The notes: a model not told the origin generated them from the letters alone. A DNA stretch of 58,896 bases from Archaeoglobaceae archaeon (GCA_038893835.1 JAWAQR010000005.1:1-58896), one strand, 5' to 3'; positions 1-9,793 are shown, counted from the stretch's first letter. Numbers and translations are program-made.

Positions 1-367
1 CGAAGAATACCAGCAATGGCGCAATTGGTTACCAAAGCGCTTTGTGATTTTACCCGACGATGCCTTCCGAGATTTCACACAGATGGCGACGGAGATTCAA
101 ACTCGTGTTCAATTGTCCCAAACAACTAAAACAGTAGCCGAAGGTCCTTGGCTTGAAGAACATTTGCCGAGTGAAACTTTGCTTTATGCGCCGATTTTTG
201 TAAGCAAACCGTTAGCACCAAATGCTAAAAACTTAGGATTGACAAATGCTGATGATGTCTTGAAGTTACTTTCGGAATTGAAACTTGACCGCTTACAAAT
301 TGGCGGCGATGAAACTGTTGGACGGGGAATTGTAAAGGTTCGGCTCTATTGTGGAGGTGAAAAATGA
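1..367 (+). CDS. cmr4: Type III-B CRISPR RAMP Cmr4, 5'-truncated by the window edge
   Basis: Frame is open from position 2 (EEYQQWRNWLPKRFVILPDDAF...). Carries the TEIQTRV, GPWLEEHLPSETLLY and Gly-rich LQIGGDETVGRG motifs of Cmr4, and lies directly before cmr5/cmr6. Confidence 0.93.
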   Translation, partial: EEYQQWRNWLPKRFVILPDDAFRDFTQMATEIQTRVQLSQTTKTVAEGPWLEEHLPSETLLYAPIFVSKPLAPNAKNLGLTNADDVLKLLSELKLDRLQIGGDETVGRGIVKVRLYCGGEK

Positions 368-750
368 TGCAATCGATGAGGACACTGGAACAGGAACGGG
401 CGAGATATGCGTGGCAGTGCATTAACGAAGTCAGAAATCAGTCCTTTGCAAGCGATTACCGAAGCATTGCTGTTAAGATGCCTTCTCTTATCCTAACCAA
501 CGGTTTGGGGCAAACTCTGGCTTTTTTGAAGGCAAAAGGAAAAGGCAATCCCTCTGATGAACATGAAGTGTTTTATCAACACATCTCAAATTGGCTGAAG
601 CAACAGTTGAAACTAACCGATGACCTGCTTGAGTGGATTGTCAACTATGCTAACAGCCAACAATATCGTCTTGCCACGATGGAAGCTTTGGCGCTTTTGC
701 AATGGCTCAGGCGTTTCGCTGAGGCAATTTTGCCGAAAGGTGAGGAGTGA
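364..750 (+). CDS. cmr5: Type III-B CRISPR small subunit Cmr5
   Basis: TLEQERARYAW, MPSLILTNGLGQTLAFL and YRLATMEALALLQWLRRFAEA motifs; ATGA overlap with cmr4. Confidence 0.93.
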   Translation: MMQSMRTLEQERARYAWQCINEVRNQSFASDYRSIAVKMPSLILTNGLGQTLAFLKAKGKGNPSDEHEVFYQHISNWLKQQLKLTDDLLEWIVNYANSQQYRLATMEALALLQWLRRFAEAILPKGEE

Positions 751-1568
751 TGGGAAGAAGACAATCTGAAAAACGCAGGGTTCGTGAACAGCAACAACAA
801 GTGATACGCTTACCTTTACCATCCGATACAGTTAGGGTTGCCGATAGTGGCAATCGCTGTGAAAACATCGGTTTATGGCTTGACAGATATTTGCCTGCCA
901 ACGAAAAATGGGAACTGACGCAGGACACAAAACAGCGGAAAAAGGTTTTTGAGTTAGAACAGCAACAAAAACTTCGTGAAATTTTGGATTTCCTGAAACA
1001 GCGCCACAAAGCACTACTCCACTGGTATCGGCAAAGAGGCTTTGAAGTTCGCCAATTTGAAGCAAGGCCTGCTTGGCGTTTCGTCGTCGGGTTGGGGGCA
1101 GCGCATGTTTTGGAGACAAGCATAACACTCCATCGCATCTTTGGCTTGCCAATCATCCCTGCAAGTGGATTAAAGGGGGCAGCAAGAGCGTATGCACAAT
1201 TAATTGAAGGCAAAAGCGAAAACGACCAAGAGTTTATCGCAATCTTCGGCACAACGAAGCAAGCAGGTAAAATCGTGTTTTTGGATGCTGTGCCAATTGA
1301 AGCACCCAAGTTTGAACTTGACATCATGAATCCGCACTTTCCCGATTACTATCGCACTAAGGGCAAAGAAGCGCCATCAGATTGGCAATCGCCAAAGCCA
1401 GTATTTTTCCTGACTGTAAGCGAAACGCCTTACTTGTTCGCAATTGCCGCTCGCACAAATGATGCTAATGACTTACTCCCCACAGCCGAAGAGTGGCTTA
1501 AAGGTGCATTGAGAGAACTTGGCATTGGTGCGAAAACGAGTGCTAACTATGGCTATTGGGAGATATGA
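750..1568 (+). CDS. cmr6: Type III-B CRISPR RAMP Cmr6
   Basis: RFVVGLG...ETSITLH, PIIPASGLKG, DIMNPHFPDYY, PVFFLTV and GIGAKTSANYG motifs. GAGGAG RBS precedes the ATG at 750. Confidence 0.93.
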   Translation: MGRRQSEKRRVREQQQQVIRLPLPSDTVRVADSGNRCENIGLWLDRYLPANEKWELTQDTKQRKKVFELEQQQKLREILDFLKQRHKALLHWYRQRGFEVRQFEARPAWRFVVGLGAAHVLETSITLHRIFGLPIIPASGLKGAARAYAQLIEGKSENDQEFIAIFGTTKQAGKIVFLDAVPIEAPKFELDIMNPHFPDYYRTKGKEAPSDWQSPKPVFFLTVSETPYLFAIAARTNDANDLLPTAEEWLKGALRELGIGAKTSANYGYWEI

Positions 1569-2782
1569 AGGCAATATCTTTTCTCGGCACGGGTAAATAT
1601 AATACTGTAACCTATTACTGGCAAAATAAAGAGTTTAAAACTAATCTTTTTCCAGAAGCAGTGGCGAAAATTTTTGAGCCTGAAAAGATATTCGTTCTGA
1701 TTACACCAACCGTTGAAATTCAAAGCAGAGGTTACATCGAAGAACTGAAGAAAAACTTGGGCAGTTTGGTTGAGTTTGTTAGTATCCCAGAAGGTAAAAA
1801 AGAAGATGAAGTTTGGAGAATCTTTGAGGAATGCAGCAAAATCGTCAAAGATGGTGATGAGCTTCTGTTCGACATAACTCATGCTTTCCGATCAATTCCA
1901 TTCATCGTTTTTGCGGTGGCAATTTATCTAAGAAGAACGAAGAATGCTACTATACGTCAAATAATTTACGGAGCTTACGAAGCTCGTGAACCAGGAGATC
2001 GTGTGCCAATATTCGATTTAACACCTCTTCTAGATTTAATAGACTGGCTTACTGGTGTAGAGTTTTTGTTAAGGAGAAGTGATGCGACTTTAATTTCCGA
2101 AAAATTAAGGCAGATCCATAAAACGCTCTGGCGTAAGAAAGTAAGTGATGAATTACCGAGAAAGCTAGAGTCCTTTGGCAAGATTTTGGGTGAATTTTCA
2201 AAGGCCTTGCACTTTTCAAGACCCCTTGATGTTATGAAATCCGCAACTCAGTTACTCGAGGCTATTGAAAAAGTTGGACAAGAAGTCGAGCGATGGGCAA
2301 AGCCTTTTGCAGCGATCTTAGACCAAGTAAAAGGAGAGGCAAAAAAGTTTGCGTATGATGAACCAGAGCTCTTAAATTGTGAGAACCTAAAGAAACAAAT
2401 TGAACTGATCGAGCATTACTTGGAGAAAGGTCTAACAATTCAGGCAATAACTCTTGCGAGGGAATGGATTGTTAGTTTGGTTGCTTTACAGAAAAGTGCT
2501 GAGAATTGGTTGAAAAGGGATTTCAGAGAGGAGATTGAAAAAGTTCTTGGCGATGCAGCTGCAAGAATTCGTGGCGAGCAAAGATATTTGCCAGAATGGT
2601 TTAGACAACTTCAAAAAAGTGAAGAAATTGCAAAACTTTGGGATTGGTTGACTCGACTTCGAAACGATGTCGCACACTGTGGAATGAGGGAAGAGGCTTT
2701 AGAAGCTGAAAAAATTGAAAAAATCGCAAAAGATATTCCAAAAAGGCTACGGGAAATTTTAAATTATAACTCACGGCGCTGA
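1565..2782 (+). CDS. csx1: CRISPR ancillary CARF-HEPN ribonuclease Csx1 (TM1812/DxTHG-type)
   Basis: N-terminal ISFLGTGKY, DITHAFRS (DxTHG-like CARF motif), YGAYEA...DLT and C-terminal HEPN RNDVAH. ATGA overlap with the cmr6 stop. Confidence 0.88.
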   Translation: MKAISFLGTGKYNTVTYYWQNKEFKTNLFPEAVAKIFEPEKIFVLITPTVEIQSRGYIEELKKNLGSLVEFVSIPEGKKEDEVWRIFEECSKIVKDGDELLFDITHAFRSIPFIVFAVAIYLRRTKNATIRQIIYGAYEAREPGDRVPIFDLTPLLDLIDWLTGVEFLLRRSDATLISEKLRQIHKTLWRKKVSDELPRKLESFGKILGEFSKALHFSRPLDVMKSATQLLEAIEKVGQEVERWAKPFAAILDQVKGEAKKFAYDEPELLNCENLKKQIELIEHYLEKGLTIQAITLAREWIVSLVALQKSAENWLKRDFREEIEKVLGDAAARIRGEQRYLPEWFRQLQKSEEIAKLWDWLTRLRNDVAHCGMREEALEAEKIEKIAKDIPKRLREILNYNSRR

Positions 2783-3095
2783 TAAATTTTTTAAATTTGC
2801 AGAAATTTTGGAAAAAGAGAGACTATATTATAATTGCTTTTTTGCCTTATTCATATTTTTTGACCCAGAATTGTTGAGAGAAATCTCTCCATGGAATTTA
2901 TAGCTCAAAGTTTTCATGGCTCTATTGGGCTTTTCGTAGAAGTGAATACAGATTAAGAGTTCACAGCATTGAATTATCATACAGGCTCTGAAAGAGCTAA
3001 AAGCAGAGTGCAACTTTTGTTCTGGTTCCATTTCTTGTTTTTCTTGCTTTTAAGAAATTCAGAAACTGAGAATTATTCTTTAAATTTGCAGAAAA

Positions 3096-3503
3096 TCAAC
3101 CTACTCTAATCCAACCCCTCTCAAAGCGCCTAAATCTCTTTTTCTCAACCTCATAAAGCCCCATCAGCTCTTCAAGGAAATCCTTTTCAGCGAACAAGAT
3201 TATTCCATCTTCCAATGCATCGAGAATCGTCGGATTCCCTTTTATAAGCATCTTCTTTACTTCATCGCTTTTGTAAGCCTTTACATCCAGAGGGGCATTT
3301 GTTTTGTCAAGCTAATATAACAACTTCATCCTCTCTTTGAAGTTCTCAGGCAATTTATCCGAAACGACGAGCAAGTCCACGTCACTCCCAACGCCGAATT
3401 TTTTCTTCGCTATTGAGCTGAACAAGATTACAAGCTTAGGTTCAAGAATTTTCAGGGCTTCAAGGTAAATTCTAATCTCTTTCTCGTAGGGAATCATAAG
3501 CAA
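3096..3503 (-). pseudogene. Minimal nucleotidyltransferase (MNT antitoxin), disrupted
   Basis: LVILFSSIAKKKFGVGSDVDLLVVS matches the MNT GS-x10-DxD motif with G changed to S. After an in-frame TAG at 3312-3314 the frame continues LDKTNAPLDVKAYKSDEVKKMLIKGNPTILDALEDGIIL...GWIRVG to TGA at 3096. Confidence 0.8.
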
Positions 3504-3591
3504 CGCCTTTAACGAATTCCAAAATTTTTTCAGCGGATTTTAAAGCCTCTTCTGCACCTTCTGCAGACTGGTGAGCTTTAAAACATGCCTA
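3472..3591 (-). pseudogene. HEPN-domain toxin remnant with internal deletion
   Basis: Translates *ACFKAHQSAE-GAEEALKSAEKILEFVKGVAYDSLRERD*: the HEPN N-terminal WACFxAHQ motif (TGG to TAG) joined directly to the C-terminal helix. Overlaps the MNT start. Confidence 0.72.
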
Positions 3592-3595
3592 GGCT

Positions 3596-4231
3596 TCAGA
3601 ATAGATCATTGAGATCTAAAATTTCCTCTTCTATACTCTCTTCGAAATCCTCCTCTTCCTCTTCTCCCGATATTTTCACCTCCTCCTTTAATCGCATGAG
3701 TGCTGAAAAGACCATTTCTTTGTATTCTTCAAGATTTGGATTATATTTTTCCATTACAAGTTTTGAAATCTCGGAATTCGTCTTAAGCTGCTGTATCCTT
3801 TTCAAAGTCGCTTTTGCAGTTTCAAGTATCCAATAATCTCTCGTCTCAAAGTCGGAGAGACATATGCTTTCAGGTCTTATGAATGGAATAATCCTATTTC
3901 CCCTTTCAAGCAATCTCGCCTTTGCTGTTACAGATACGGTGGAAGGTATGTCTATTTCAGCAAGAGAAACTTTTGCATCTGGCTCAAATTTACCGACATA
4001 GCCTAAGAAGGATCCAGTAGGATCGGCAACTCTTATTCGCCATATGTCTGAATCAGGCCTTATTTCTTCTTTTTCAAGCAAAGCACCAACTATGAACAGC
4101 CTGTTGCATTTTAAGCCGAGAGGGGTTAAGACGTAGACAACTTCTTTTTCTGCATTTCCTCCAAGCTTGTATCTTGAAGCATTGAACTCCTTTGCAAAAA
4201 CTCTTCTAGCCACCTCTCTCCTTATCCTCAC
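3596..4231 (-). CDS. RPA-associated OB-fold protein (COG3390-like)
   Basis: RREVARRVFAKEFN, TPLGLKCNRLFIVG and RVADPTG motifs; coupled to the RPA gene. Confidence 0.8.
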   Translation of the reverse strand: MRIRREVARRVFAKEFNASRYKLGGNAEKEVVYVLTPLGLKCNRLFIVGALLEKEEIRPDSDIWRIRVADPTGSFLGYVGKFEPDAKVSLAEIDIPSTVSVTAKARLLERGNRIIPFIRPESICLSDFETRDYWILETAKATLKRIQQLKTNSEISKLVMEKYNPNLEEYKEMVFSALMRLKEEVKISGEEEEEDFEESIEEEILDLNDLF

Positions 4232-5148
4232 AGAGCTCTCACCTCTTCTAGCACCTTTTCAACTTCCTCAAGAACCTTTGGTTTGAAGAATTCAACTTTC
4301 TTTACGTTTATAGTTCTGAACTTTAACTCCCCTGAAATACGGAAGTATCTGCCGAGCAATTTTTTCTTTAACTCTAGAAGTACTATTCCACGATCTAAAT
4401 GCTCAAAAGCAATTTTTTTTGCAGTTACCAAGTCGAGACCTGTTAGGGATTTTATGCAGTTCTCATCCATTTCGATGTCGTAAGTTTTCTCTCCATCATC
4501 TATAACTCCTCTAAGTCGAAGGACTTCTGTCCACTCAACCTTTCCATGTTCCCTACAAATTCCCGCTTCGATAACTCTTCCGCAGATCTTGCAAATCTGA
4601 ACAAGTCCGCTGTTCTGAGATATTGAAACAAGAGCTCCTACCAACTCTATCTCTCCCCATTCTCCGGCGACTTCAATTTCCTCATCTATTTCTTTTATCT
4701 CACTTAAGCTTGTCACCTTTATGCTTTTAACCCCTCCATATTCATCTACAACAACTTTTTCAAACAGGTAAGTCTTTCCTTCGCTCACTCTCCCCTTTCC
4801 GGATTTCATCCAGATTACAAACCTAGCCGTCCCTGTCTCATCTCCAATGATGCCCCACTGCGCAATTGAAGGACTTGTAGGCTCCCAGAGTTGAAGAACT
4901 CTTGCCTTAACGCTCACCCATTTTCCAGGCTCAAGTTCTGCTATTTTTGTCAAGGGAAAGCGGAGCGCGTCTTTGGATATGTTTAAATCTCTTCTAAGCC
5001 CATTTATTATCGTTCTTTTAGCCTCCTCTTCTGGAACTTTAAACTCATATATTAGGAGCTTGAGCCTCTTCTCTATCTCGCTTTTTGAGACGTTGTAGTC
5101 CTTAAACATCTCGTAGATTTCACTCACAATAGATTGAATTTTATCCAT
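4228..5148 (-). CDS. rpa: Replication protein A (OB folds plus Zn finger)
   Basis: OB fold with GIIGDETG, CKICG...CREHG Zn finger and DDG motif. Start moved to ATG 5148 because the longer ORF overlaps sua5. Confidence 0.85.
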   Translation of the reverse strand: MDKIQSIVSEIYEMFKDYNVSKSEIEKRLKLLIYEFKVPEEEAKRTIINGLRRDLNISKDALRFPLTKIAELEPGKWVSVKARVLQLWEPTSPSIAQWGIIGDETGTARFVIWMKSGKGRVSEGKTYLFEKVVVDEYGGVKSIKVTSLSEIKEIDEEIEVAGEWGEIELVGALVSISQNSGLVQICKICGRVIEAGICREHGKVEWTEVLRLRGVIDDGEKTYDIEMDENCIKSLTGLDLVTAKKIAFEHLDRGIVLLELKKKLLGRYFRISGELKFRTINVKKVEFFKPKVLEEVEKVLEEVRAL

Positions 5149-5198
5149 AACCAGAGTTTTTCGAAAGTTTAAAAAAGCTTTTTCCGGGATTAATTCCA

Positions 5199-6131
5199 AT
5201 GGAGCTACTATATCCTGAGGAGAAAGGGATAAGGAGAGCTGTGGAAATATTGAAAAGTGGTGGATTGGTTGCCTTTCCAACTGAAACTGTTTATGGTCTT
5301 GGCTGTGATGCGCTAAATGAGATAGCTGTGGAAAGATTATTCGAAGTAAAGAAGAGACCAAAGAATAAGCCATTGATCGTCGGTGTTGGAAGTGTTGAGC
5401 AAGTTTATGAAATTGCGGAAGTAAACGAGATAGCGGAAAAGCTTATGAAATCATTTTTTCCGGGTCCGCTAACTTTGGTGTTGAAAAAGAAAAAGATACC
5501 GGACATAGTTACTGGTGGGTCTGAAAAAGTTGCTATAAGAATGCCAGCTCACGAAATACCTTTAAAACTAATAGAAGGACTTGGAAGACCAATAGTTGTC
5601 CCATCAGCCAACGTTTCTGGCAGGTTCACACCTACAAAGCCGGAACATGTAATAGCTGAGATTGGAAATAAAATAGATGCGATAGTAATTGGAGAATGCA
5701 AGATAGGTCTAGAATCAACAATTCTCGATGTAACACTTTCTCCACCAAAAATTCTGAGACATGGTGCTGTTAGTGTGGAAGAATTGATGAAGTTCACCGA
5801 AGTTCAATATGAGGAAAAGACAGAATTTGAGGAGAAGTTCGTCACATCAGCGGAGATATATGTTTTCGTTGGAAAGGATAAGGAGAGGATGATAAAGGAA
5901 TTCATTTCTACTGAAAAAAATGCTGTAGTGATAGCGACAAAGGATTATGGAAATACGATAGTCGTAGGGAATACGATGGAAAATTTTGCAAAAAACGTGT
6001 TCGATGCGCTTATAAAGGCTGAAAAGATGGGAGCAAAAGTAATCGTTGTTGAAGGAGTTGAGGAGGTGGGAATTGGTAGAGCTATAATGCAAAGGCTGTA
6101 TAAATCGGCGACTAAGGTATTTAGAAGCTAA
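5199..6131 (+). CDS. sua5: L-threonylcarbamoyladenylate synthase Sua5 with degenerate SUA5 domain
   Basis: FPTETVYGLG, KKRPKNKPL, PGPLT and PSANVSG motifs; C-terminal GIGRAIMQRL SUA5-domain remnant. Confidence 0.93.
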   Translation: MELLYPEEKGIRRAVEILKSGGLVAFPTETVYGLGCDALNEIAVERLFEVKKRPKNKPLIVGVGSVEQVYEIAEVNEIAEKLMKSFFPGPLTLVLKKKKIPDIVTGGSEKVAIRMPAHEIPLKLIEGLGRPIVVPSANVSGRFTPTKPEHVIAEIGNKIDAIVIGECKIGLESTILDVTLSPPKILRHGAVSVEELMKFTEVQYEEKTEFEEKFVTSAEIYVFVGKDKERMIKEFISTEKNAVVIATKDYGNTIVVGNTMENFAKNVFDALIKAEKMGAKVIVVEGVEEVGIGRAIMQRLYKSATKVFRS

Positions 6132-6725
6132 TTACAGCTCTGCTTCAAACTCTTCAACTGTGTATGGAAAAGGTTCTCCCCTTGCCTTTTTCATTTCTCT
6201 CGCTATCAGCCAGTAAACGAGTGCGAGTGCCTTTCTGCCTTTGTTGTTCGTGGGAATTATGAGATCTATATCGGCTGTGGAATTGTTCGTGTCACACAAT
6301 GCGATCACGGGAATTCCTACTTTTGTCGCTTCAATTATAGCCTGCTTATCTATAGCTGGATCGTTCACGAACACTATATCTGGTTCTATGTATTCCTTCA
6401 GATTCGGATTTGTGAGCGTTCCGGGAACAAAACGATCGATTATGCATTTTGTCCCAATTACTTCGGAAAACTTTTTAACAGGTTTGTGCGCGTATTGCCT
6501 TGCTGCAACTAGCAGGATCTTTGATGGCTCGTATCTAAGTAAAAGCTTAACGCACGCTCTAATCCTTTCGTCTAGCTTTTTAATGTCGAGTATGTAGAGT
6601 CCATCTTGTCTAACCTTGAATATAAACTCCCTCATGTCTCCAGTCTTTACCTGAGTTCCAATGTGAACTCCAGCTGCTAGGTACTCTTCTGGGGGAATCA
6701 GATATTCATATCCTGTTTCTATCAT
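6132..6725 (-). CDS. rps2: 30S ribosomal protein uS2
   Basis: [21 protein letters not shown] and [11 protein letters not shown] motifs. Confidence 0.97.
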   Translation of the reverse strand: MIETGYEYLIPPEEYLAAGVHIGTQVKTGDMREFIFKVRQDGLYILDIKKLDERIRACVKLLLRYEPSKILLVAARQYAHKPVKKFSEVIGTKCIIDRFVPGTLTNPNLKEYIEPDIVFVNDPAIDKQAIIEATKVGIPVIALCDTNNSTADIDLIIPTNNKGRKALALVYWLIAREMKKARGEPFPYTVEEFEAEL

Positions 6726-7918
6726 ATTCTCACCATCCTAGTTTTCAGCATTTCCTCAATTCTTATCATTTCATTGAGCTTCGAAATCCTTTCTCCGCCA
6801 ACGATGCCTGTCTTTATTAACTTTGCGTTAAAAGCTACGGCTAGATGGGAAATGTAGTTATCCTCAGTTTCCCCACTTCTGTGACTTACGACGATTTTAT
6901 ATCCATTATCTCTCGCAATTTTAACGGCTTTGAAGGTATCTGTTAAAGTTCCAATCTGGTTTGGCTTTACGAGCAAGGTGTTTCCAGCTCCGAGCTTTAT
7001 ACCCTTTTCTAACCTCTTCCAGTTTGTGACAAATATGTCATCACCGCAAACCATGCATTTGACGAGTTTCGTCAGCTTTGAAAAACCTTCAAAATCCTCT
7101 TCATGCAATGGATCTTCTACGTAAAGCAGGTCGTATTTCTCCACAAGGTTTACTATGAAATTTATCTGCTCTTCTGGATCCATTCTTTTATCCTTATAAA
7201 CGTACTCTTTTCCATTCCACAGCTCATTGGCAGCAACATCGATGCCCATACGAATCTCTGTCCCATAATCTTTTTCAACTTTTTCAACAGCCTTTGAAAG
7301 TATTTCGAAGGCAACATCATCGCTTATCTGCGCAGCCCAAGCACCTTCATCACCTTTTGCTGCAAAGATACCTTTATCTTTAAGAATCTTTCCTATTTCT
7401 CTATGAACTTCTGAGTTCAACCTCTGCGCTTCAAAGAAACTTTTGGCTCCAACAGGAATTATTAGAAATTCCTGAATGCTTGTAGAACCCTCAGCATGCT
7501 TACCCCCACCAATGACATTTCCAAGTGGAAATGGTAGTTCTCTTGCAAATGCTCCTCCTAGATAAAGGCAGAGAGGCTGTCCAAGGATCAGAGATGCGCA
7601 TTTCGCAACAGCTATGCTCGCTGAGATTGCGAAGTTTCCACCTATATTCGAGAAATTTTCTGTCCCATCAATCTCTTTCAGCATTTCATCCACGCCTTCT
7701 TGGTCAAAAACGCTCATTCCGATTAAAGCCTTTGAAACTTTTTCCTCAACTTCTCTATACTTTCTCGGATCAACTATAGCCGCTTCTTTACTTCCTTTAG
7801 AAGCTCCACTTGGTGCAGAAGCTGTTGCGACGAAATCGCCAGCTTCAATTTCACATTCAACAGTCTCTCTTCCTCTACTGTCAAATACTATGCGATATCT
7901 CAGATCTTCTATTATCAA
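6722..7918 (-). CDS. eno: Enolase
   Basis: [29 protein letters not shown] and SHRSGETED motifs. Confidence 0.97.
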   Translation of the reverse strand: MIIEDLRYRIVFDSRGRETVECEIEAGDFVATASAPSGASKGSKEAAIVDPRKYREVEEKVSKALIGMSVFDQEGVDEMLKEIDGTENFSNIGGNFAISASIAVAKCASLILGQPLCLYLGGAFARELPFPLGNVIGGGKHAEGSTSIQEFLIIPVGAKSFFEAQRLNSEVHREIGKILKDKGIFAAKGDEGAWAAQISDDVAFEILSKAVEKVEKDYGTEIRMGIDVAANELWNGKEYVYKDKRMDPEEQINFIVNLVEKYDLLYVEDPLHEEDFEGFSKLTKLVKCMVCGDDIFVTNWKRLEKGIKLGAGNTLLVKPNQIGTLTDTFKAVKIARDNGYKIVVSHRSGETEDNYISHLAVAFNAKLIKTGIVGGERISKLNEMIRIEEMLKTRMVRI

Positions 7919-7927
7919 GGAACCACC

Positions 7928-8155
7928 TCAGAACATATCGTATCTTTCCAACCATACAAAGCGATTTGCCCTTCTCTTTACAGTTATGGGTATAACACCT
8001 TTTTCAAATTCCTCAATCGCTATTTCTATTGGATCAACCTTATCCGTTTCAATCAACACAGGTGCTCCCATTGCGATCTGTAATGCCCTCGCTCCAATTA
8101 TTCTGGCCTTTTCAAATCTCGTATACTTGAACGGGAAACCTTTGATGTTTACCAC
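7928..8155 (-). CDS. rpoK: RNA polymerase subunit K (Rpo6)
   Basis: [22 protein letters not shown] motif. Confidence 0.96.
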   Translation of the reverse strand: MVNIKGFPFKYTRFEKARIIGARALQIAMGAPVLIETDKVDPIEIAIEEFEKGVIPITVKRRANRFVWLERYDMF

Positions 8156-8161
8156 CTCTTA

Positions 8162-8223
<62 letters not shown>

Positions 8224-8238
<15 letters not shown>

Positions 8239-8448
8239 ACGAAATCTCGCAATTTCCCCGATTAAAGATTTATGGGTGATGAACATTCTCCTACAACAGT
8301 ATCTTTGAATTCCAAGAGTATCCAGAGCCTCTTTTGGAGTTTTTCCATTTCTGACCATTTCAAGATATTTTGCATAAAGATGTCCGATAACAGCACCACA
8401 TGAAAAACAACGAATTGGAAAGTCGCTTATTTCGTGCAAAGAAATCAC
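8224..8448 (-). CDS. rpoN: RNA polymerase subunit N (Rpo10)
   Basis: PIRCFSCG...[11 protein letters not shown] motif. Confidence 0.96.
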
Positions 8449-8843
8449 CTATAAGAAGTTTGCCTCCTCTTCCTAGCCCCTCTTCCTCCTTGGATCTTTG
8501 GAAGTTTTCTCCTGATGTCATTGACCAATAGGGTTCTATCATATTCTAGGAAAGCCTTCTTTAACTCCTCATCTCCAAAGAATTCAACCAATCCCCTTGC
8601 AATCGCCGTCCTTGCAGCTTCAGCTTGTCCCATCACTCCTCCACCCGAGACCTTTACTTCTATGTCAACTTTCTTAGCCAAATCACCAGCGATCTTTAGA
8701 GGTTCAAGCATGACTTTTCTTGGCAGTTCCATTGGATATATTTCCAAAGGTATCTTGTTTATTCTAACTCTCCCAATACCTTCTTTTATCACAGCCTTTG
8801 CAACAGCAGTTTTCCTCTTTCCAGTTGTGATCACGACCTTCAC
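8445..8843 (-). CDS. rps9: 30S ribosomal protein uS9
   Basis: [18 protein letters not shown] and RQTSYR motifs. Confidence 0.97.
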   Translation of the reverse strand: MKVVITTGKRKTAVAKAVIKEGIGRVRINKIPLEIYPMELPRKVMLEPLKIAGDLAKKVDIEVKVSGGGVMGQAEAARTAIARGLVEFFGDEELKKAFLEYDRTLLVNDIRRKLPKIQGGRGARKRRQTSYR

Positions 8844-9307
8844 CTAGCCCACCCCAAGTGTTTGCTCACATCTTCTAACAAAACGAATTTCTCTGTTTTT
8901 GAAATTTTCTCAAGCAAAGCGCACTCAATTTTCTCAAATTTAGAATTTTTGAGCTCTTCTGGTACTCCTATAAACACTCTTAGCCTTCTATAAGCATCCC
9001 TACCTCTTCTGCTACTCCAGGGAAGCATACCTCTAACGGTTCTCTTAAATATCTTTTCGGGGTGCCTTGGAAAATATGGCCCCTTTTCCTTGCTACCTCT
9101 ATCGTACTTTTCCTTATACCTCTCAAATATGTTCGCCTTGTTTCCGGTTATCACAGCTTTTTCAGCGTTTACAACTACAATTCTTTCTCCCATCAGCAAT
9201 CTTTTAGCTATTACACTGCAAAGTCTTCCCAAAATGTGTCCTTCTGCATTTATGACAACGTATTCCCCACCCAAGGTTTCTAATGCCCTCTTAACATTTA
9301 CACTCAT
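8840..9307 (-). CDS. rpl13: 50S ribosomal protein uL13
   Basis: [15 protein letters not shown] and RTVRGMLP motifs; ATG 9307 follows a GGTGG RBS. Confidence 0.95.
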   Translation of the reverse strand: MSVNVKRALETLGGEYVVINAEGHILGRLCSVIAKRLLMGERIVVVNAEKAVITGNKANIFERYKEKYDRGSKEKGPYFPRHPEKIFKRTVRGMLPWSSRRGRDAYRRLRVFIGVPEELKNSKFEKIECALLEKISKTEKFVLLEDVSKHLGWAR

Positions 9308-9316
9308 TCCAACCAC

Positions 9317-9691
9317 CTAGACTAGGATTTTAACCCCACTACCTTTTGGATTCATCTTTATCAAATCTTCGATGGTCATCCATTGCCCTCCAGCTTCAAC
9401 GATTTTTGCTTTTGCAGATTCAGAAAAGCTAAAGGCTGCAATTTTAACTTTCTTTTTAAGCACTCCACCGAGCACTTTTCCAGGTACTAAGACTGTTTCT
9501 CCATCATTGGCATATTTTTCTATCTTTGTCAAGCTCACTTCTGCCCAATTCCTTGTTGGTGAAGCCAATCTTTCAGCAACAGCCTTCCATATTTTGGCAT
9601 TATTTTTAGCGCTCTCACTTAGTAACAAATCGATGAGTTTTAGGAGCCTAGGATTCGTCTTTCTCATCTGCATCTTTCTAATTCTCCCCAT
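9317..9691 (-). CDS. rpl18e: 50S ribosomal protein eL18
   Basis: KTNPRL, VLVPGKVLG and NPKGSGVKIL motifs; start moved to ATG 9691. Confidence 0.95.
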   Translation of the reverse strand: MGRIRKMQMRKTNPRLLKLIDLLLSESAKNNAKIWKAVAERLASPTRNWAEVSLTKIEKYANDGETVLVPGKVLGGVLKKKVKIAAFSFSESAKAKIVEAGGQWMTIEDLIKMNPKGSGVKILV

Positions 9692-9793
9692 ATCATGCAC
9701 CCCAAAGTAATAAGTTGGTTGCCATTCGGAATTTAAATTTTTGCGTAGATTTAAAAAGCGTAAAAGCTTTAATTTTTGACAAGGAGAAAGATT

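Noticed and set aside
2828-3031. 67-aa minus-strand ORF
   Set aside because: No recognisable motif, RBS or host-like composition.
2783-3095. Possible CRISPR array or leader after csx1
   Set aside because: No regularly spaced 25-40 bp repeats; only one 16-bp pair about 290 bp apart.
3312-3314. Pyrrolysine or amber read-through in the MNT gene
   Set aside because: The gene also lost its GS-motif Gly and its HEPN partner is deleted. TAG terminates conserved genes in this window (rpoN, rpl18e, the Mth938-like gene).
5149-5373. Long N-terminal extensions in the ORF track (RPA here; also rpl18e, slyD, ppsA, hel308, tes and the second CoA-transferase)
   Set aside because: They run into promoters or neighbouring genes, and downstream starts fit the family N-termini.
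9308-9319. rpl18e TAG in frame with rpl13, suggesting a read-through fusion
   Set aside because: The spacer contains a GGTGG RBS ahead of ATG 9307, so the in-frame arrangement is likely coincidence.
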